DNA of 29,051 nucleotides from Octopus sinensis (Eukaryota): NCBI RefSeq assembly GCF_006345805.1, contig NW_021833184.1, positions 1 to 29,051 of the forward strand, read 5' to 3'. Shown piece by piece: positions 1 to 12,390 of this stretch (position 1 is its first letter; each line of letters starts with the position of its first letter). The notes under the pieces were generated by a model. It saw only the letters and a program-made list of their open reading frames with translations, ran no database searches and was not told where the DNA came from. The position numbers and the translations under genes were made by a program.

Positions 1-22
1 TGTGAGCAATAAAGAAATAAAA

Positions 23-470
23 ATGTCACAGGAAAGAATTGCAAGACAGATTCTTCAAGCCAAGCCAACCAGCAGGAGATCCATGGTTAGACCAAGGACA
101 AGATAGTTGTTCCTTCTCGAGCCGTGTCAGTCTCATAAGGGCCAGTTTCCCTGTTTCAGTGGCGTAGAAATTCCCCACCTGAATGAGACGCTGGTCCATC
201 AGAGCGTTACTCATTTTTGCCAGCTGAGTGGACAGGAGCAACGTGAAATGAAGTGTTTTGCTCAAGAACACAGCTCATCGCCCAGTCCAGGAATCGAAAC
301 CACAACCTTACGATCATGAGTTCAACACCCTAACCACTAAGCCACGTGCTTCCACAAGGACAAGATAGTTGGATAATATTCATAGTTTCCCAGTTGATTG
401 CTCCAGAAAGTGTAATGATAGTTGTTTCTGATTGGATCCTATGGAGGAGATACCTACGGACTCTAGCCCC
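23..470 (+). mobile_element. RTE-clade LINE 3' ORF remnant, split by a SINE insertion
   Basis: Joining 23-109 to 372 onward reads MSQERIARQILQAKPTSRRSMVRPRTR*LDNIHS, matching the RTE C-terminal M..ERI..Q.L...P.G.R..GRPRTRW.D.I pattern. Confidence 0.7.
110..354 (-). mobile_element. tRNA-headed SINE, family C, with 17-bp target-site duplication
   Basis: Minus strand has A-box-like tggcttagtgg and B-box-like gtttcgattcc. caaggacaagatagttg is repeated exactly at 93-109 and 355-371. Homologous to 4262-4598 and 12985-13270. Confidence 0.85.
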
Positions 471-678
471 ACAATCCACCCAGGAATAATGGGTGGAGAA
501 GATAAATAGGTGGATAAACTCACAGACACATACACACAATTTCCTTTCTTTGAAGATGGTAAAACACGATTTGAGGGCAAGTTGGCTGTTTTATTTAACA
601 GGTTACATGACCAATAACAATTCCCCTTGTGTCCCTTTATGTCTCTCTTTGAATAAAAAAAAACTATTTTCCTTTTAC

Positions 679-885
679 CAATTCTCAGAGATGTGTTTTG
701 GCCCGGATTAATTCCTCCAAAAATATCACATCTCCAGTAGTCTTCGACACATTCTTTAAATTGCTTAAACCAAAACCAATTACGAAATTTTTCATTCAAT
801 TTAAAATATTCTCCACATTTTGGAAAACTCTCATCACACAACTCCATTACTGCTGGATCGTAAAAACATTTCAATAAATAGCCAT
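679..885 (-). CDS. Candidate internal exon, Cys-rich, three-finger/Ly6-like spacing
   Basis: AG at 887-886 and GT at 678-677 give 207 nt, phase 1-1, open frame (D)GYLLKCFYDPAVMELCDESFPKCGEYFKLNEKFRNWFWFKQFKECVEDYWRCDIFGGINPGQNTSLRI. The acceptor pyrimidine tract is weak and no partner exons were found. Confidence 0.35.
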
Positions 886-933
886 CTTAAATGGGTAACC
901 AGTTTCTCTAAACATGCACTGAATACTGACACA

Positions 934-967
<34 letters not shown>

Positions 968-1267
968 GATATGCAGACACAGACATGCAGGCACAGATAT
1001 GTTTATATGCATAAACGCACACATGCATGTAATTTTACTTTCGCATACGCTCAAATGCACATACACATACACATATACACTGATGCTAAAGCACATACAC
1101 ACACACACACACTAGCTCTATCTCTCCCACTAACTCAAACACACTCTCTCTCACTATAGATCATATACACACACATGTTAACTCTCCCTCACAAACTTAG
1201 ACACACACTCAAGTACACACACACACACGTGCACACGTGTCTCTTTATACACCACAATGCACTTGCA

Positions 1268-1622
1268 CATGCACACACACACACACACATGCTATCCCCT
1301 CTCATTCCCTTCTTTCTCCCTCTCTCTCCCTCTCTCTTTCTCTCACAAACTTACGCACACACTCACGTGCATACATGTCTCTCTGTGTCTCTTTAAACAC
1401 ACACACACATACACACACGCACGCACACACACACACATGCACACACACACACACACATGCTATCCCCTCTCATTCCCTTCTTTCTCCCTCTCTCTCCCTC
1501 TCTCTTTCTCTCACAAACTTACGCACACACTCACGTGCATACATGTCTCTCTGTGTCTCTTTAAACACACACACACATACACACACGCACGCACACACAC
1601 ACACATGCACACACACACACAC
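1268..1622. repeat. Recent tandem duplication, 168-bp unit, in (CA)n/(CT)n DNA
   Basis: gctatcccctctcattccc... starts at 1291 and 1459, and the copies are essentially identical. Confidence 0.9.
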
Positions 1623-1999
1623 AAGCTAACCCCTCTCACTTCCTCTTACTTTCTCTCTCCCCCTCCGCCCCTCCCTCTCATTGACGATGTTCCATGGTGT
1701 TAAGTGATCTCACTAAAATGCTTTCAAAACTGTCTTCAGCTTCGATTTATCTCTTCGTTTGTTTATATATTTATTCATTGGGGGAAGACATATTGAGGTT
1801 GGGGTGGGGTGGGGTGAGTAGAGGCAGAGGACATTTCTGTGCGGTGAGTAGGGGGGGGTTCTTGAAACCATCATTATTATCATCATCATCATTGAATATC
1901 ATGTCTTCCTGGAAGTCTTTTGCGATTTTGTTTTTTAGATATAAAATGAAAGTCAAGATTGACTGATTTTCATGGGGTTACTTATTGTTAGGAGGTGTT

Positions 2000-2470
2000 T
2001 GTGTATGTCTATATGTGTGTGTGTGTGTTTGCTTGTCTATTTACACAACATATATATATGTATATGTATATATGAATATATATATATATATATATACATA
2101 TACACACACATATGTATGTATATATGTATGTATGTATATATGTATATATGTATATGTATGTATATATGTATATGTATATATATGTATATGTCTGGTTATA
2201 TATATGTATGTGTGTATATATATATATATATACATACATACATATGAGTATGTATATGTCTGGTTATATATATGTATGTATGTGTATATATATATATACA
2301 TACATATGAGTATGTATATATTTATACATATATATATATATGTGTGTATATATATATGTACATGTATATTTATATATATGTAAGTGTATATATATATATG
2401 TGTGTGTGTACATGTACATTATATATATATATATATGTGTGTGTGTATATATTTGTATGTATGTATGTAT
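2000..2470. repeat. (TA)n/(TATG)n compound microsatellite
   Basis: Seen directly; includes a short internal duplication of tgtctggttatatatatgtatg. Confidence 0.95.
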
Positions 2471-2837
2471 ACTCGTGCATTTTGATTCAGTGAACAAGTT
2501 TACAATATAGCAAAATAAAGTACTCAATACTTCACAGATTGTGTTATTTTCTTTATTCTTTACTCAATTATTTGTTAACCAAATTAATTCCACTTTGATT
2601 CTCTTTTAAATTGACCAAATTTGAAAAACGAATGGAAGCAGAAACAATTCTGCAAACTAGTAACCTAATAAAGAATATGTCTTTGAGTATGCGCATGTTG
2701 TGTGTACTGTGTCTGTATGGGTGTGTGTGTGTCTGTGTGTGTGCTTATATGTGCAGCGTATGCATCTATGAATGTATGTACAAGGGTTTATATATGTGTC
2801 ATCTTGTATGTGTGTGTTTATATATATATATATATGT

Positions 2838-2889
<52 letters not shown>

Positions 2890-2891
<2 letters not shown>

Positions 2892-2998
2892 TCATCATCA
2901 TCATTGTCGTCATTGTATAATGTCTGCCTACCATGCTGACATGGCTTGGACGGTTTAACTGAGGACTGGCAAGCCAGAAGGCTGCACCTGGCTCCAAT
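2890..2998 (-). mobile_element. RTE-type 3' tail fragment with (GAT)n tail
   Basis: ccatgctgacatggcttggacgg after (cat)n; homologous to 20912 onward, which adjoins an RTE RT fragment. Confidence 0.7.
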
Positions 2999-3078
2999 TA
3001 TATAAATATATATATATTTATGTATATGTATGTATGTATATTTGTATATAGATATATATATATATATATATATATATA

Positions 3079-3460
3079 GGTGCAGGAGTGGCTATGTGTT
3101 TGTTTCCCAACCACATGGTTCAGGTTCAGTCCCATGCATGGCACCTTGGGTAAATCTCTTCTACTATAGCCTTGTGTTGAACAAATCCTTATGAGTGGAT
3201 TTGGTAGATGGAGACTGAAAAAAACCTGTCGGAAATATATGTATATATTTGTGTATTTGTGTCTGTATTTGTCCCCCACCATCACTTGACAACTGATATT
3301 GATGTGTTTATGTTCCTGTAACTTAGCGGTTTGTCAAAAGAGACCAATAGAATAAGTATTACGCTTACAAAAAATAAGTCCTGGGGTTGATTTGCTTGAC
3401 TAAAGGCAGTGCTCCAGCATGGCAACAGTCAAATGACTGAGACAAGTAAAAGAGGAAAAG
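3079..3460 (+). mobile_element. tRNA-headed SINE, family B (CORE-like accttgggcaagt motif)
   Basis: ggtgcaggagtggct head, ggttcagtccc B-box, internal (TA/TG)n and tail gctccagcatggc..cagtcaaatgactga; many homologues in the window. Confidence 0.85.
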
Positions 3461-3472
3461 AGAGTAAACAGA

Positions 3473-3972
3473 GTAACTTTACAAAGAAATGCATGAAATT
3501 TTGATACAATATAAAGGACATAATGGAAATTAAGATGCACAAGTCAAATTTTGCAACACCCCTACATCACATTTGAAAGATGACATTGCTTAAATGTGGC
3601 AGTCATTTTCGGCTTTGCATGCTCATACTCTTTCCAAAACTTGCATCATAACACCCTCAAGAGTTTCAGACACCACTTCTCTGATTTCTCTATTGATGTT
3701 CTTCTTCAGTTAAACCAGGGTCTCTGGTTTGTTGACATAAACAATCTCTTTTCAGGCATTCCCAGAAGAAAAAATCCAGGCTAGTGTCAAATCTGGGGAA
3801 CATGAAGGCCAGTTGACGTTGCTGTAGTGGGAGATTATTCTCTCTCCAAAGCACTGCCATAACAACTGCATTGTTTCTCTCAAAATATGAGCAGTTGCCC
3901 CATCTTGCTGGAACCATGTGTGAGATCTTTGAATGGTTGGGTGCAAAAAGGTCTCAGTCATGGATACCTGGT
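3473..3972 (-). mobile_element. Tc1/mariner DD41D (rosa-like) transposase 3' remnant
   Basis: WFQQDGATAH...WPSCSPDLT/SLDFFFWECLK. There are 41 residues between the 2nd and 3rd catalytic Asp after one frameshift. Inverted homologue at 22911-23456. Confidence 0.85.
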
Positions 3973-3979
3973 ATTTATA

Positions 3980-4139
3980 CAAGCTTCTTTGAGTTTCCGT
4001 GTGCCAAATCCACTCACATGTCTTTTTTCAGTCCAAGGGTGTAGTAGAAGACACTTGCCCAAGGTGTCACACAGTGGGACTGACCCTGGATCTATGTGGT
4101 TGGGAAGCAGGCTACTTACCACACAGTCACTTCTGCACC
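3980..4139 (-). mobile_element. SINE family B, 5' part
   Basis: Reverse complement of the family B head (gaagacacttgcccaaggtg...cttaccacacag). Confidence 0.85.
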
Positions 4140-4225
4140 TATATATGCTGTAGAAAACTTTTTCATAAAAAATTTTGGAAAAGAATAAATCTCCACTCTA
4201 CTCTTGTTTATCAACTATATATATA

Positions 4226-4260
<35 letters not shown>

Positions 4261-4261
4261 C

Positions 4262-4598
4262 TGGGAGACCCCCTTTGGTCACGACACAGACCATGGGATT
4301 GCACCTAGAAAGTTACCCTCCCAGGCACAAGTCCGGGCAAGTTTGTTTATGGAAGACCAGCAGTCGCCCATGCATACTGGCGTCCCCTCGCCATGCTGCC
4401 AGTGTTATCCAAAAGAAAGGCAAAGGCAGACACAGCTTGGCACCTGTGACGTTGCAACTCATTTCTACAGCTGAGTGAACTGGAGCAATGTGAAATAAAG
4501 TGTCTTGCTCAAGAACACAACACGCAGCTTGGTCCAGGATTCGAGCTCACAACCTCACAATCGTAAACTTGACGCTCTAACCACTGAGCCATGTGCCT
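4262..4598 (-). mobile_element. SINE family C, longer copy
   Basis: Shares cagctgagtg..ctggagcaa.gtgaaat.aagtgt.ttgctcaagaacaca and ctaaccact.agcca with 110-354. Confidence 0.8.
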
Positions 4599-4599
4599 T

Positions 4600-4631
<32 letters not shown>

Positions 4632-4636
4632 CATAC

Positions 4637-4669
<33 letters not shown>

Positions 4670-5283
4670 TACACATACACGCGCATGTATGCATGTCTCT
4701 ACACAATTTGCGTATGCGTTCTTCTAGTAAGAGTGCCTGTATGGAAGCATCGGTATATTAGTGTGTGTTTGAGAGAGAGAGAGAGAAAGAGAGCACCAAG
4801 GCATGTATATGTTTCCCTCCAAGAAACTCAAATATTTTCTTTCACTAATCTTCCCAATAACCTTAATGGATTGATTCTGGACTGTGAAAGTCAGTATTTT
4901 TATAGACATCTTCTAAGAACTCCATTATTGATGGGTTTCTCTGTAAATCATTTTCTTCTACAGCTCATTGCGCGTACACACACACACACACACATGCTGA
5001 TTCCTGTAATTGAGGATCTCCTTCTTCATGCTGACGAGTTCTATGAGTTGTGCTTCTCGTAAACATCCACCATGTGTTGTTATTATTATTCTTGTTGTTT
5101 CTCTTTGTAATTTTAAAGGAAACAGTTTTAGGGAAATGAAAGTCTCAGTGCCTGGTTTAACACCAGGCCGTCGTCCATGGGTGGCTGGAGAAGAACCTGT
5201 TCTGCTGCAGTTGTTTGGGTCAGGTCTATAGTCAGTAGATCACTTGATTCTTCCCTGACCAATATTTCAGGCTCAATATTTAA

Positions 5284-5490
5284 GGCTGCGAGCTGGCAGA
5301 ATTGTTAGCACGCTGGGTGTATGTTCTGAGTTCAAATTCTGCCAAGGTCAACTTTGCCTTTAATCCTTTCGGGGTCGATAAATTAAGTACCAGTTACACA
5401 CTGGGATCGATGTAATCAACTTAATTCTTTTGTCTGCCCTTGTTGGTCCCCTCTGTGTTTAGCCCCTTGTGGGCAATAAAGAAATAAGAA
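5284..5490 (+). mobile_element. tRNA-headed SINE, family A
   Basis: ggc.g.gagctggcagaa head, gagttcaaattc B-box and ctttgccttt.atcctttcggggtcgataaattaagtaccag body. Confidence 0.85.
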
Positions 5491-5914
5491 ATATATCAGG
5501 CTCTTGCCTATGTTAGAAATCAATATTTTAACTGATGGTTTAATGAGATTGATCTCCAGTCATCATCAGATGTCTTATTCCATGACATGAAGATGATATT
5601 AGGCTGGATTCGAACCAGGAAACTTTATTTCCAAACTAAGCACGCTAAAGTGACTTACAGCTGTTTAAGCAGTGCAGTAATAGGGATCAGTTTCACTAAA
5701 TATAAGGGGCCTACAAATACTATGGGTATTGCCCCTTTCTCCAGACTTAACTCTCACCCTGACCTGAACTTTGATGTTCCTTACTGACAACCCTTGTGTA
5801 TATATATTTATGTATATAACACAACCAAACCTCCACCCTAAGCACTAGCCTTCCTATATAAATGTGTGTGTATGTGTCTCTGTCTGTTTGTGAGTGTGTG
5901 TATGGATGCATGTG

Positions 5915-6430
5915 GGTGTGTGTACACTTGTCTGGGCATTGTATGATGGTTATAAACATACAAGTGATGTTTCTTTCCACTCCTATGTCTTTCTCAATGG
6001 ATCTGTGTTCTAACAAATGGTAACATATCTCTAAAAGCAATTCTCCAAATAGATAGATCTGGAAATAGAGATAACCAAAATGGTGGTGGTCATGGTGGGT
6101 CTGAAGTAATTCTCTATGATAACAGGGTCTTTGAGAATGTATGTAGAATGGAAACCCCTGTCTGGCTATGGGGATATATTGCTTTGCTTGGAAACAGGTG
6201 AGGGTTAGTGACAGGAAGGGCATCCAGCTGTAGAAGAATCTCTCTCGACATTCCATCCAACCCATGCAAGCATGGACAAATGGATGTTAAATAATGATGG
6301 TTATGATGATGAATGGTGAATAAATTAGGGGAAGTAATGATTTTCTACATTCTTTGTTAAAATAGCAAAAGGTTAACCAATGCCTTTCAAGTGGATTTCA
6401 TACATGGAAACTGTGTGGAATCCTGTTATA
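5915..6430 (-). repeat. Inverted copy of the composite unit at 18400-19400
   Basis: The reverse complement shares SINE-piece/RTE-tail/exon-like junctions with 18937-19390, and the exon-like/SINE-tail junction with 18516-18900. Confidence 0.85.
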
Positions 6431-6716
6431 TATATATATATATATATATATTTACATGTATGTGTGTGTGTGTGTGTGTGTGTGTGCATTTGTGTATTTT
6501 GCACCTGCCTGCTTGACCACTTCTGTTTGTATGCTGTCATCCCATAAAGTAGCTGGTCATTAAAGAGGGACCACATATCTGTGACAGATTTAAAATAAAT
6601 GCTAGGTTCAATTTCATTGATTCAGCTCTTCACATAGTGCTCCATGAAACATGTAAGAATATATAATGGTTTTTAACCCTTTAGCATTGAAACCAGCCAA
6701 ATTCTCTGCTTTTATT

Positions 6717-7108
6717 GGCACAGATGTGGTTGTGTGGTAAGAAGCTTGCTTCCCAACCGCATGGTTCCAGGTTCAGTCCCACTGCATGGCACCTTAGGTA
6801 AGTGTCTTCTACTATAGCCTTAGGTAGACCAACACCTTGTGAGTTGATTTGGTAGATGAAAACTGAAAGAAGCCCATTGTATGTGTGTGTGTGTGTATGT
6901 GTGTCTGTTTGTCCCCCTCCCCCACCATCACTCGACAACTAGCGTTGGTGTGTTTATGTCCTCATAACTTAGCAGTTTGGCAAAAGAGACCAATAGAATA
7001 AGTACTAGGCTTTAAAAAATATTTTCTGGGGTCAATTTGTTTGACTAAAACCCTTCAGTGCGGTGCTCCAGCATGGCCACAGTCAAATAATTGGAACAAG
7101 AAAAAGAA
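6717..7108 (+). mobile_element. SINE family B, full length
   Basis: Colinear with 3079-3460. Confidence 0.9.
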
Positions 7109-7119
7109 TATCCATCCCA

Positions 7120-8330
7120 AATATCATTGAAATAAAAGTCATTATTTTTTTCATACAAAGAATGAACTTTAATCAATTATACATTTTCCATTTTGTTCAA
7201 TTACCTTTTGCCATCTTTCAGGCAACTCTGTGATTCCATGCTCATGGAACTTCTGGTCCTTATCAGCCAAAAACTGAAGCAAGTGCAATTTCAGGTCATC
7301 ATCATTATTAAAAATTTTACCATTCAAAGAATTTTTCCAAACTTCAAAATAAATAGTGATCTGATGCTGCAAGGTCAGGGATATATGGTCGATGTAGCAT
7401 CACTTCCCAATCAAGCTCCAATAGTTTTTCAAGAGTTAGCAAAGATATCTGTGGTCTAGCATTGTTAAAGTGGTACATGATTCCTCTATGATTTGCCAAT
7501 TCTGGCTGTTTTTCTTTCATTGTTTCCCCCAGTTTCATTACATATTGACAGTAAACATCCAAATTGATCGTTTGGTTCCTTGGAAGCAGCTCAAAATACA
7601 CAACACCTTAGTAATCCTTCCAAATTGACAGCATGTCCTTTTTTTGGATGCAATTCAGCTTTCAATGTGGCTTGTGCTGGTTCATTATACTTGGACCATG
7701 ATCGTTTCCAATTGATGTTATTGTAGACAATCCATTTTTCATCACCAGTGATGATTCGTTTTAAATAAAAGGTTGATTTGATTACGTTTGCGATGCATAT
7801 CGCAAATATTGATTTGTTGTGATAAGTGGATCTCTTTCAGTTTATGTGGAACCCAAATATTGAGCTTCTTAACGAGTCCAAGACATTTTAAATGATTTTC
7901 AATTGTTGTGTGTGATATATGTAACCTCTCTGCAGTCTCTCACACAGTTACGTGAAAATCAGATTCAATTATGGCTTTGATTCCGTCATCACTAACTTCA
8001 GTAGGTCAACCAGAACGTTGGTTAACTTTGAGTGAAGAATCTCCAGAATGGAATTTTTAAAACCATTTCAGACATGTGTGTTCTGTTAAGGAATCAATAC
8101 CATAAACTTCACATATCGATTTGTGAGTCTCAAAAACTTTCTTGCCTTTACAGAAAAAAAAAACAAAATATGGCAAAAATGTTCATTTTGCACTCCATGT
8201 TAAAAGTGACACTGAGCTAACAGCTGTAAACAAAATTATGTGCAATTTGCTTCTAAAGTGAGCTAAAAGTAACGGCTATCAAATATGAAATGGAAAAAGA
8301 TAGTATTGACATAAGTCATTCAAAAACTCA
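7120..8330 (-). mobile_element. Degenerate near-full-length mariner (DD34D-type) element; transposase pseudogene 8198-7169
   Basis: Motifs IWVPHKL (~7850), ITGDEKWIVYN (~7740), YFELLP, HFNNARP, PYIPDLAASDHYLF and LPERWQKVIEQNGKCIID*. Several frameshifts; TIRs not clearly intact. Confidence 0.93.
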
Positions 8331-8334
8331 TAAC

Positions 8335-8525
8335 TCTCTCTTTACTCTTTTACTGGTTTCAGTCATTTGACTGTGGCCATGCTGGAGCACCACCTTTAGT
8401 CGAGCAAATCACTCCCAGGACTTATTCTTTGTAAGCTTAGTACTTATTCTATTGGTCTCTTTTGCTGAACTAATAAGTTACGGGGACATAAACACTCCGG
8501 CATTGGTTGTCAAGCAATGTTGGTG
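8335..8525 (-). mobile_element. SINE family B, 3' tail
   Basis: gtttcagtcatttgactgtggccatgctggagcacc is the reverse complement of the family B tail. Confidence 0.85.
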
Positions 8526-10104
8526 TTGCCGGGTTATAATGCTAGTTTTTTTCAATATTTGTTTGATACCATTACATTACAAGTATTGCATCACCGTTTT
8601 GTACTGGTGCATCATCTTTGGGAGTAAAAGTTGGTCACCATAGTCGTTGATGAATTTGAGAAAGTTTAAAATATAGGTAATGGGCAGATCTTTTTCAAGA
8701 AATTTTTCCTCAGTTGTAATTGAGGTTGCTAACGAAATATCTAGATAATTTGTGGTGCTTATTCTTTTCTCTGTTGCATTGCACATCAACTTTTTCCCAC
8801 ATTAATATCCAATTTAATAATTTTCAATTTTCAAACAATGACGGCAGCATTGGGGCAAAACGAGTAATGACTAATTGCAATAATTTCTCCTCATTAACTT
8901 CACGATGTATAAATGTATCAGGAAGAAAGCCATTCCAGCAGATTGTAAAGAAGCTACAAAGAATATTTTATGTTAAGTTTTTTGATTTAGCCAAGTTTTG
9001 TTAACTTCATATCATATGCCATTTTTCCAAGATCTCTTTCATTTCACTTAGATATTTTTAATATTTGTTGAATTTCTGATCTTTCTGATGACTAAAAATG
9101 GATATTGGTGTGTATGATTGTTTTTGTTTTTTTTTTCAAATTTAATTTTGAAAAACTTAAGAGCCAAATCTACCATATTTTTTGTTACTCATTTTGCCCC
9201 ATCCAAATTTGTCTTTTTTTATGTTCAAAGGGAACAGAGATAATTTTCTGTAATAGTATTCTGAATGTTATAGTGTTTTTAAAGCATTTAAAAAAAGATC
9301 ATTTGCTTAGCTGATGTAGTTTTTGTAAAGTAGTGAACATTGGTAAGAACATATTTTTTCCCAAAGTCAAAAATGCAATAAATGTTACTCATTGTGCTCC
9401 CCACCCCTTACCTGAAACTGGGAAGTGGATTTTCAGAATAGCTATCCCATATCTGTTGGAATTTCCCTTTCTTTACACACATTGCAAAACAATGAAGTGA
9501 AGCATTTTTTCAAAGACAAAAAATTTTAAAATCCATATCTTTTAAATGTTTGTCTCTGAACCTCCCCACTTCCACTCACACATACATTATCATATCCTCT
9601 GGAACAGTAATGACCACCAGAAAGATGGTTCCCCCCCCCCTTCTTTTTTTTCCATAATTTTCGACCATTTTATCATATTCTACATTCTGAAACAATCATA
9701 ACTAGCATTTAAAAAAAAAAAAATCCTACCCTCTTATCTTCCCTTCCATCATTGCACTTTTCACAATAAAGGAAAAATTTAACACCACAACCATGGTCTG
9801 TATGGAAGAAAAATAATTAAAATTTTGAAAAATGTATCTAAAAGCTACATTTTCACTCATTTATTTAAACTTTCTCTGCTAACTCGTCAAGTTCAATTAA
9901 ATATAATTGATCAGTTTTGAGATTTAAATTTGCTAATTTTCCAAGAATTTGATTCCCATGCATGAGGGTCCCACTGAATTTGAAATACCCCGGGTTCTCT
10001 ATGGTTTAAATCCAGTCCTGCTGTCTGTAGCCACTCTTCACTCTCCTGGCTGAGAAATAGCAGCCAAATCTTTGTCACATCACATCATCCAGTCACCTTA
10101 AATA

Positions 10105-10245
10105 ATGATTTCCAATTTTAGCAGAAGGCCAGCAAATTCAGGGAGGGGGTAAGTTGATTACATTGACCCCCAGTACTCAAATGGTACTTATTTTATCGAC
10201 CCTAAAAGGTTGAATGGCAAAGTCGACCCAGGCAGAATTTAAAGC
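10105..10245 (-). mobile_element. SINE family A fragment
   Basis: ggtacttattttatcgaccc.aaaagg.tgaa.ggcaaagtcgacc is the reverse complement of the family A body. Confidence 0.8.
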
Positions 10246-10469
10246 CATCTTAACTAATAAGCAACACATTGGACATTTTAAATCATTGATGTATGAAAAA
10301 GCAGGATAGCCATGGCTGGAGAGGATGTATGAATGTCTTTAATAAGTTTGAGAGATGGTCTGACCTGGGGTTAAACAACAGCGACAGCATAAACAACCAT
10401 CATTCAGCCAAGCTTCGGTTGTTGAATAATTTTACAAACGGAAATTCCATGACGTCAGCTCCAAGCATT

Positions 10470-10492
10470 CACCCCCCCTCTCTGTCTATCAC

Positions 10493-10539
<47 letters not shown>

Positions 10540-11490
10540 GTCTATTTATTTATCTCTCTGTCCCTCTTTCTTTCCTCTCTCTATCCCCCTCAGTCTGTCT
10601 TTCCCTTGCTCCTTCTTCTTACTCTCTTTTCTCCTCTCTTTCCTTCTCTCTTCGTTTCTCTCTTCTGTCTTTCATAACATTCACTCATTCTTTACCTCAT
10701 TTCCCTTCTTTCTTCATTCATTTTTTCTCCTTCATTTTTTTCTTCCTTTCCTTCATCTTCATCTTTGATTCATATTGTTTCTCTCTTCTTTCTATATCAA
10801 CTTCTCTTTCATATTATTTCCTTTCAAATTTTCCTCTTTTTCATTCTATTATTCTCTCCTCTTCTTTCCTTCTGCTTCTTCCATCTTCTTTTCTTCTCTC
10901 TCTCTCTCTCTGATATCAATTTTACATTCTACCCCCACCTCCCACTTTCATTATATATATTCCTTAAGGCGGTGAGCTGGCAGAAGCATTAACACAGTGG
11001 GCGAAATGCTTAGTGGTATTTTGTTTGTCTTTACATTCTGAGTTCAAATTCCGCCAAGGTTGACTTTGCCTTTCATCCTTTCAGGGTCGATTAATTAAGT
11101 ACCAGTTGTGCACTGGGGTCAACCTAATTGACTGGCTCCATCTCTCCCAAAATTTCGGGCCTTATGTCTAGAATACAAAAGAATATATGTATTCCTTCAT
11201 TCTATTTCTCCTTCTCTTCTGCTTTCCACCTCATACTCCTTCTCTCAATCTCTCTTTCATTCTTTTATTCCCATCACTTTTTCTTTTTCAACCCCAACTT
11301 CTCCCTGCTTCTCTCTTTTATTCTTTTTCTTTCCATTTTCTTTTATTTCAGTCTTTCCTTCATTTTTCTGTCTTTCTACCTCCTCCTCTTCCTTCTCGAT
11401 TTCCCTCTCTTTCTCTTCATCTCATTTGTTTTCTTTTTCTTCCTTTTCCTATTTCTCCTTCCCTTATTCTTATTTTCTCTCATTCTCTTC
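10470..11490. repeat. (TCTA)n plus long pyrimidine-rich tracts, containing a family A SINE at 10968-11183 (+)
   Basis: Seen directly. Confidence 0.85.
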
Positions 11491-12390
11491 GCATTTTGCT
11501 CCACTATACATACATATATGGCATTCTACATATACACACACATGCACTGTGCACACAAACATGTTACACACACACACACACTCACACACACATAAATACA
11601 GTAGTAGTATTAGTAGCAGTAGCAGTAGTAGTTGTTGCTGTTGTTGTGCATACTAATGCTTCATTTAGTATTCATATATGCATTTCTTTGTGATAGTCAT
11701 ATAAAAATATCTCTGTGTTTTCATATATATATATATATATACACACATATATATATATATTCATACTCATACCCACATATGCGCTCACACACTGACGCAA
11801 GTTTATATTTCTGTTTGTGTGTCTGTCTGTCTATGTGTCTGCACGTCTGTCTCCTAGAGTTTGGATTTGTCCACTTCTTTGAACACAGCCTCCAATGGAT
11901 GGTGGTGGTGGTGGTGATGGCAATGTTGATGGTGGTGGTGGTGATGGCAATGTTGATGGTGGTAGTGGTGATGGTAGTGGTGGTGGTGGAGAAAAGGGTT
12001 TAAATCCCAGAATTGCATCATTTTCAATTATTACTACCTCCTTACCATCATCATCACCATCACCATCATCCGCATCATCATCATCGCCATCATCATCATC
12101 ATCATTACCAGCATGGTCATCTTTCTCCTCAACCTCAGTAAAATTTATGAAAACCAGACTACAGTGGTATATTAATTAACCTACCTAACTAGGTCTAACA
12201 ATGACAGTTTTAAAACAGCAGCAAAAACTTGAAGGTGTAGGTGGCAGGGACCACATGATTTTGGTGTGTCCCAGTAATCTGAGGTTATGTGTGTAAGGTG
12301 TACTTCATCTCACCCTATGTAGTGTTTCTTATTTCGGACTAGAGAGCTTAGCTTGTTGTTGTTGTTATTATTATTATTATTATTATTATT

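Noticed and set aside
5119-5231. Plus-strand exon candidate after a good acceptor (tttctctttgtaattttaaag)
   Set aside because: No convincing donor, no recognisable peptide and no linked exons.
6673-6700. TTAA-ccctttagcatt, a piggyBac-like end
   Set aside because: No matching opposite end was found; too short to call.
10293-11693. F/L/S-rich ORFs that look like membrane proteins
   Set aside because: Derived from pyrimidine-rich low-complexity DNA and SINE sequence.
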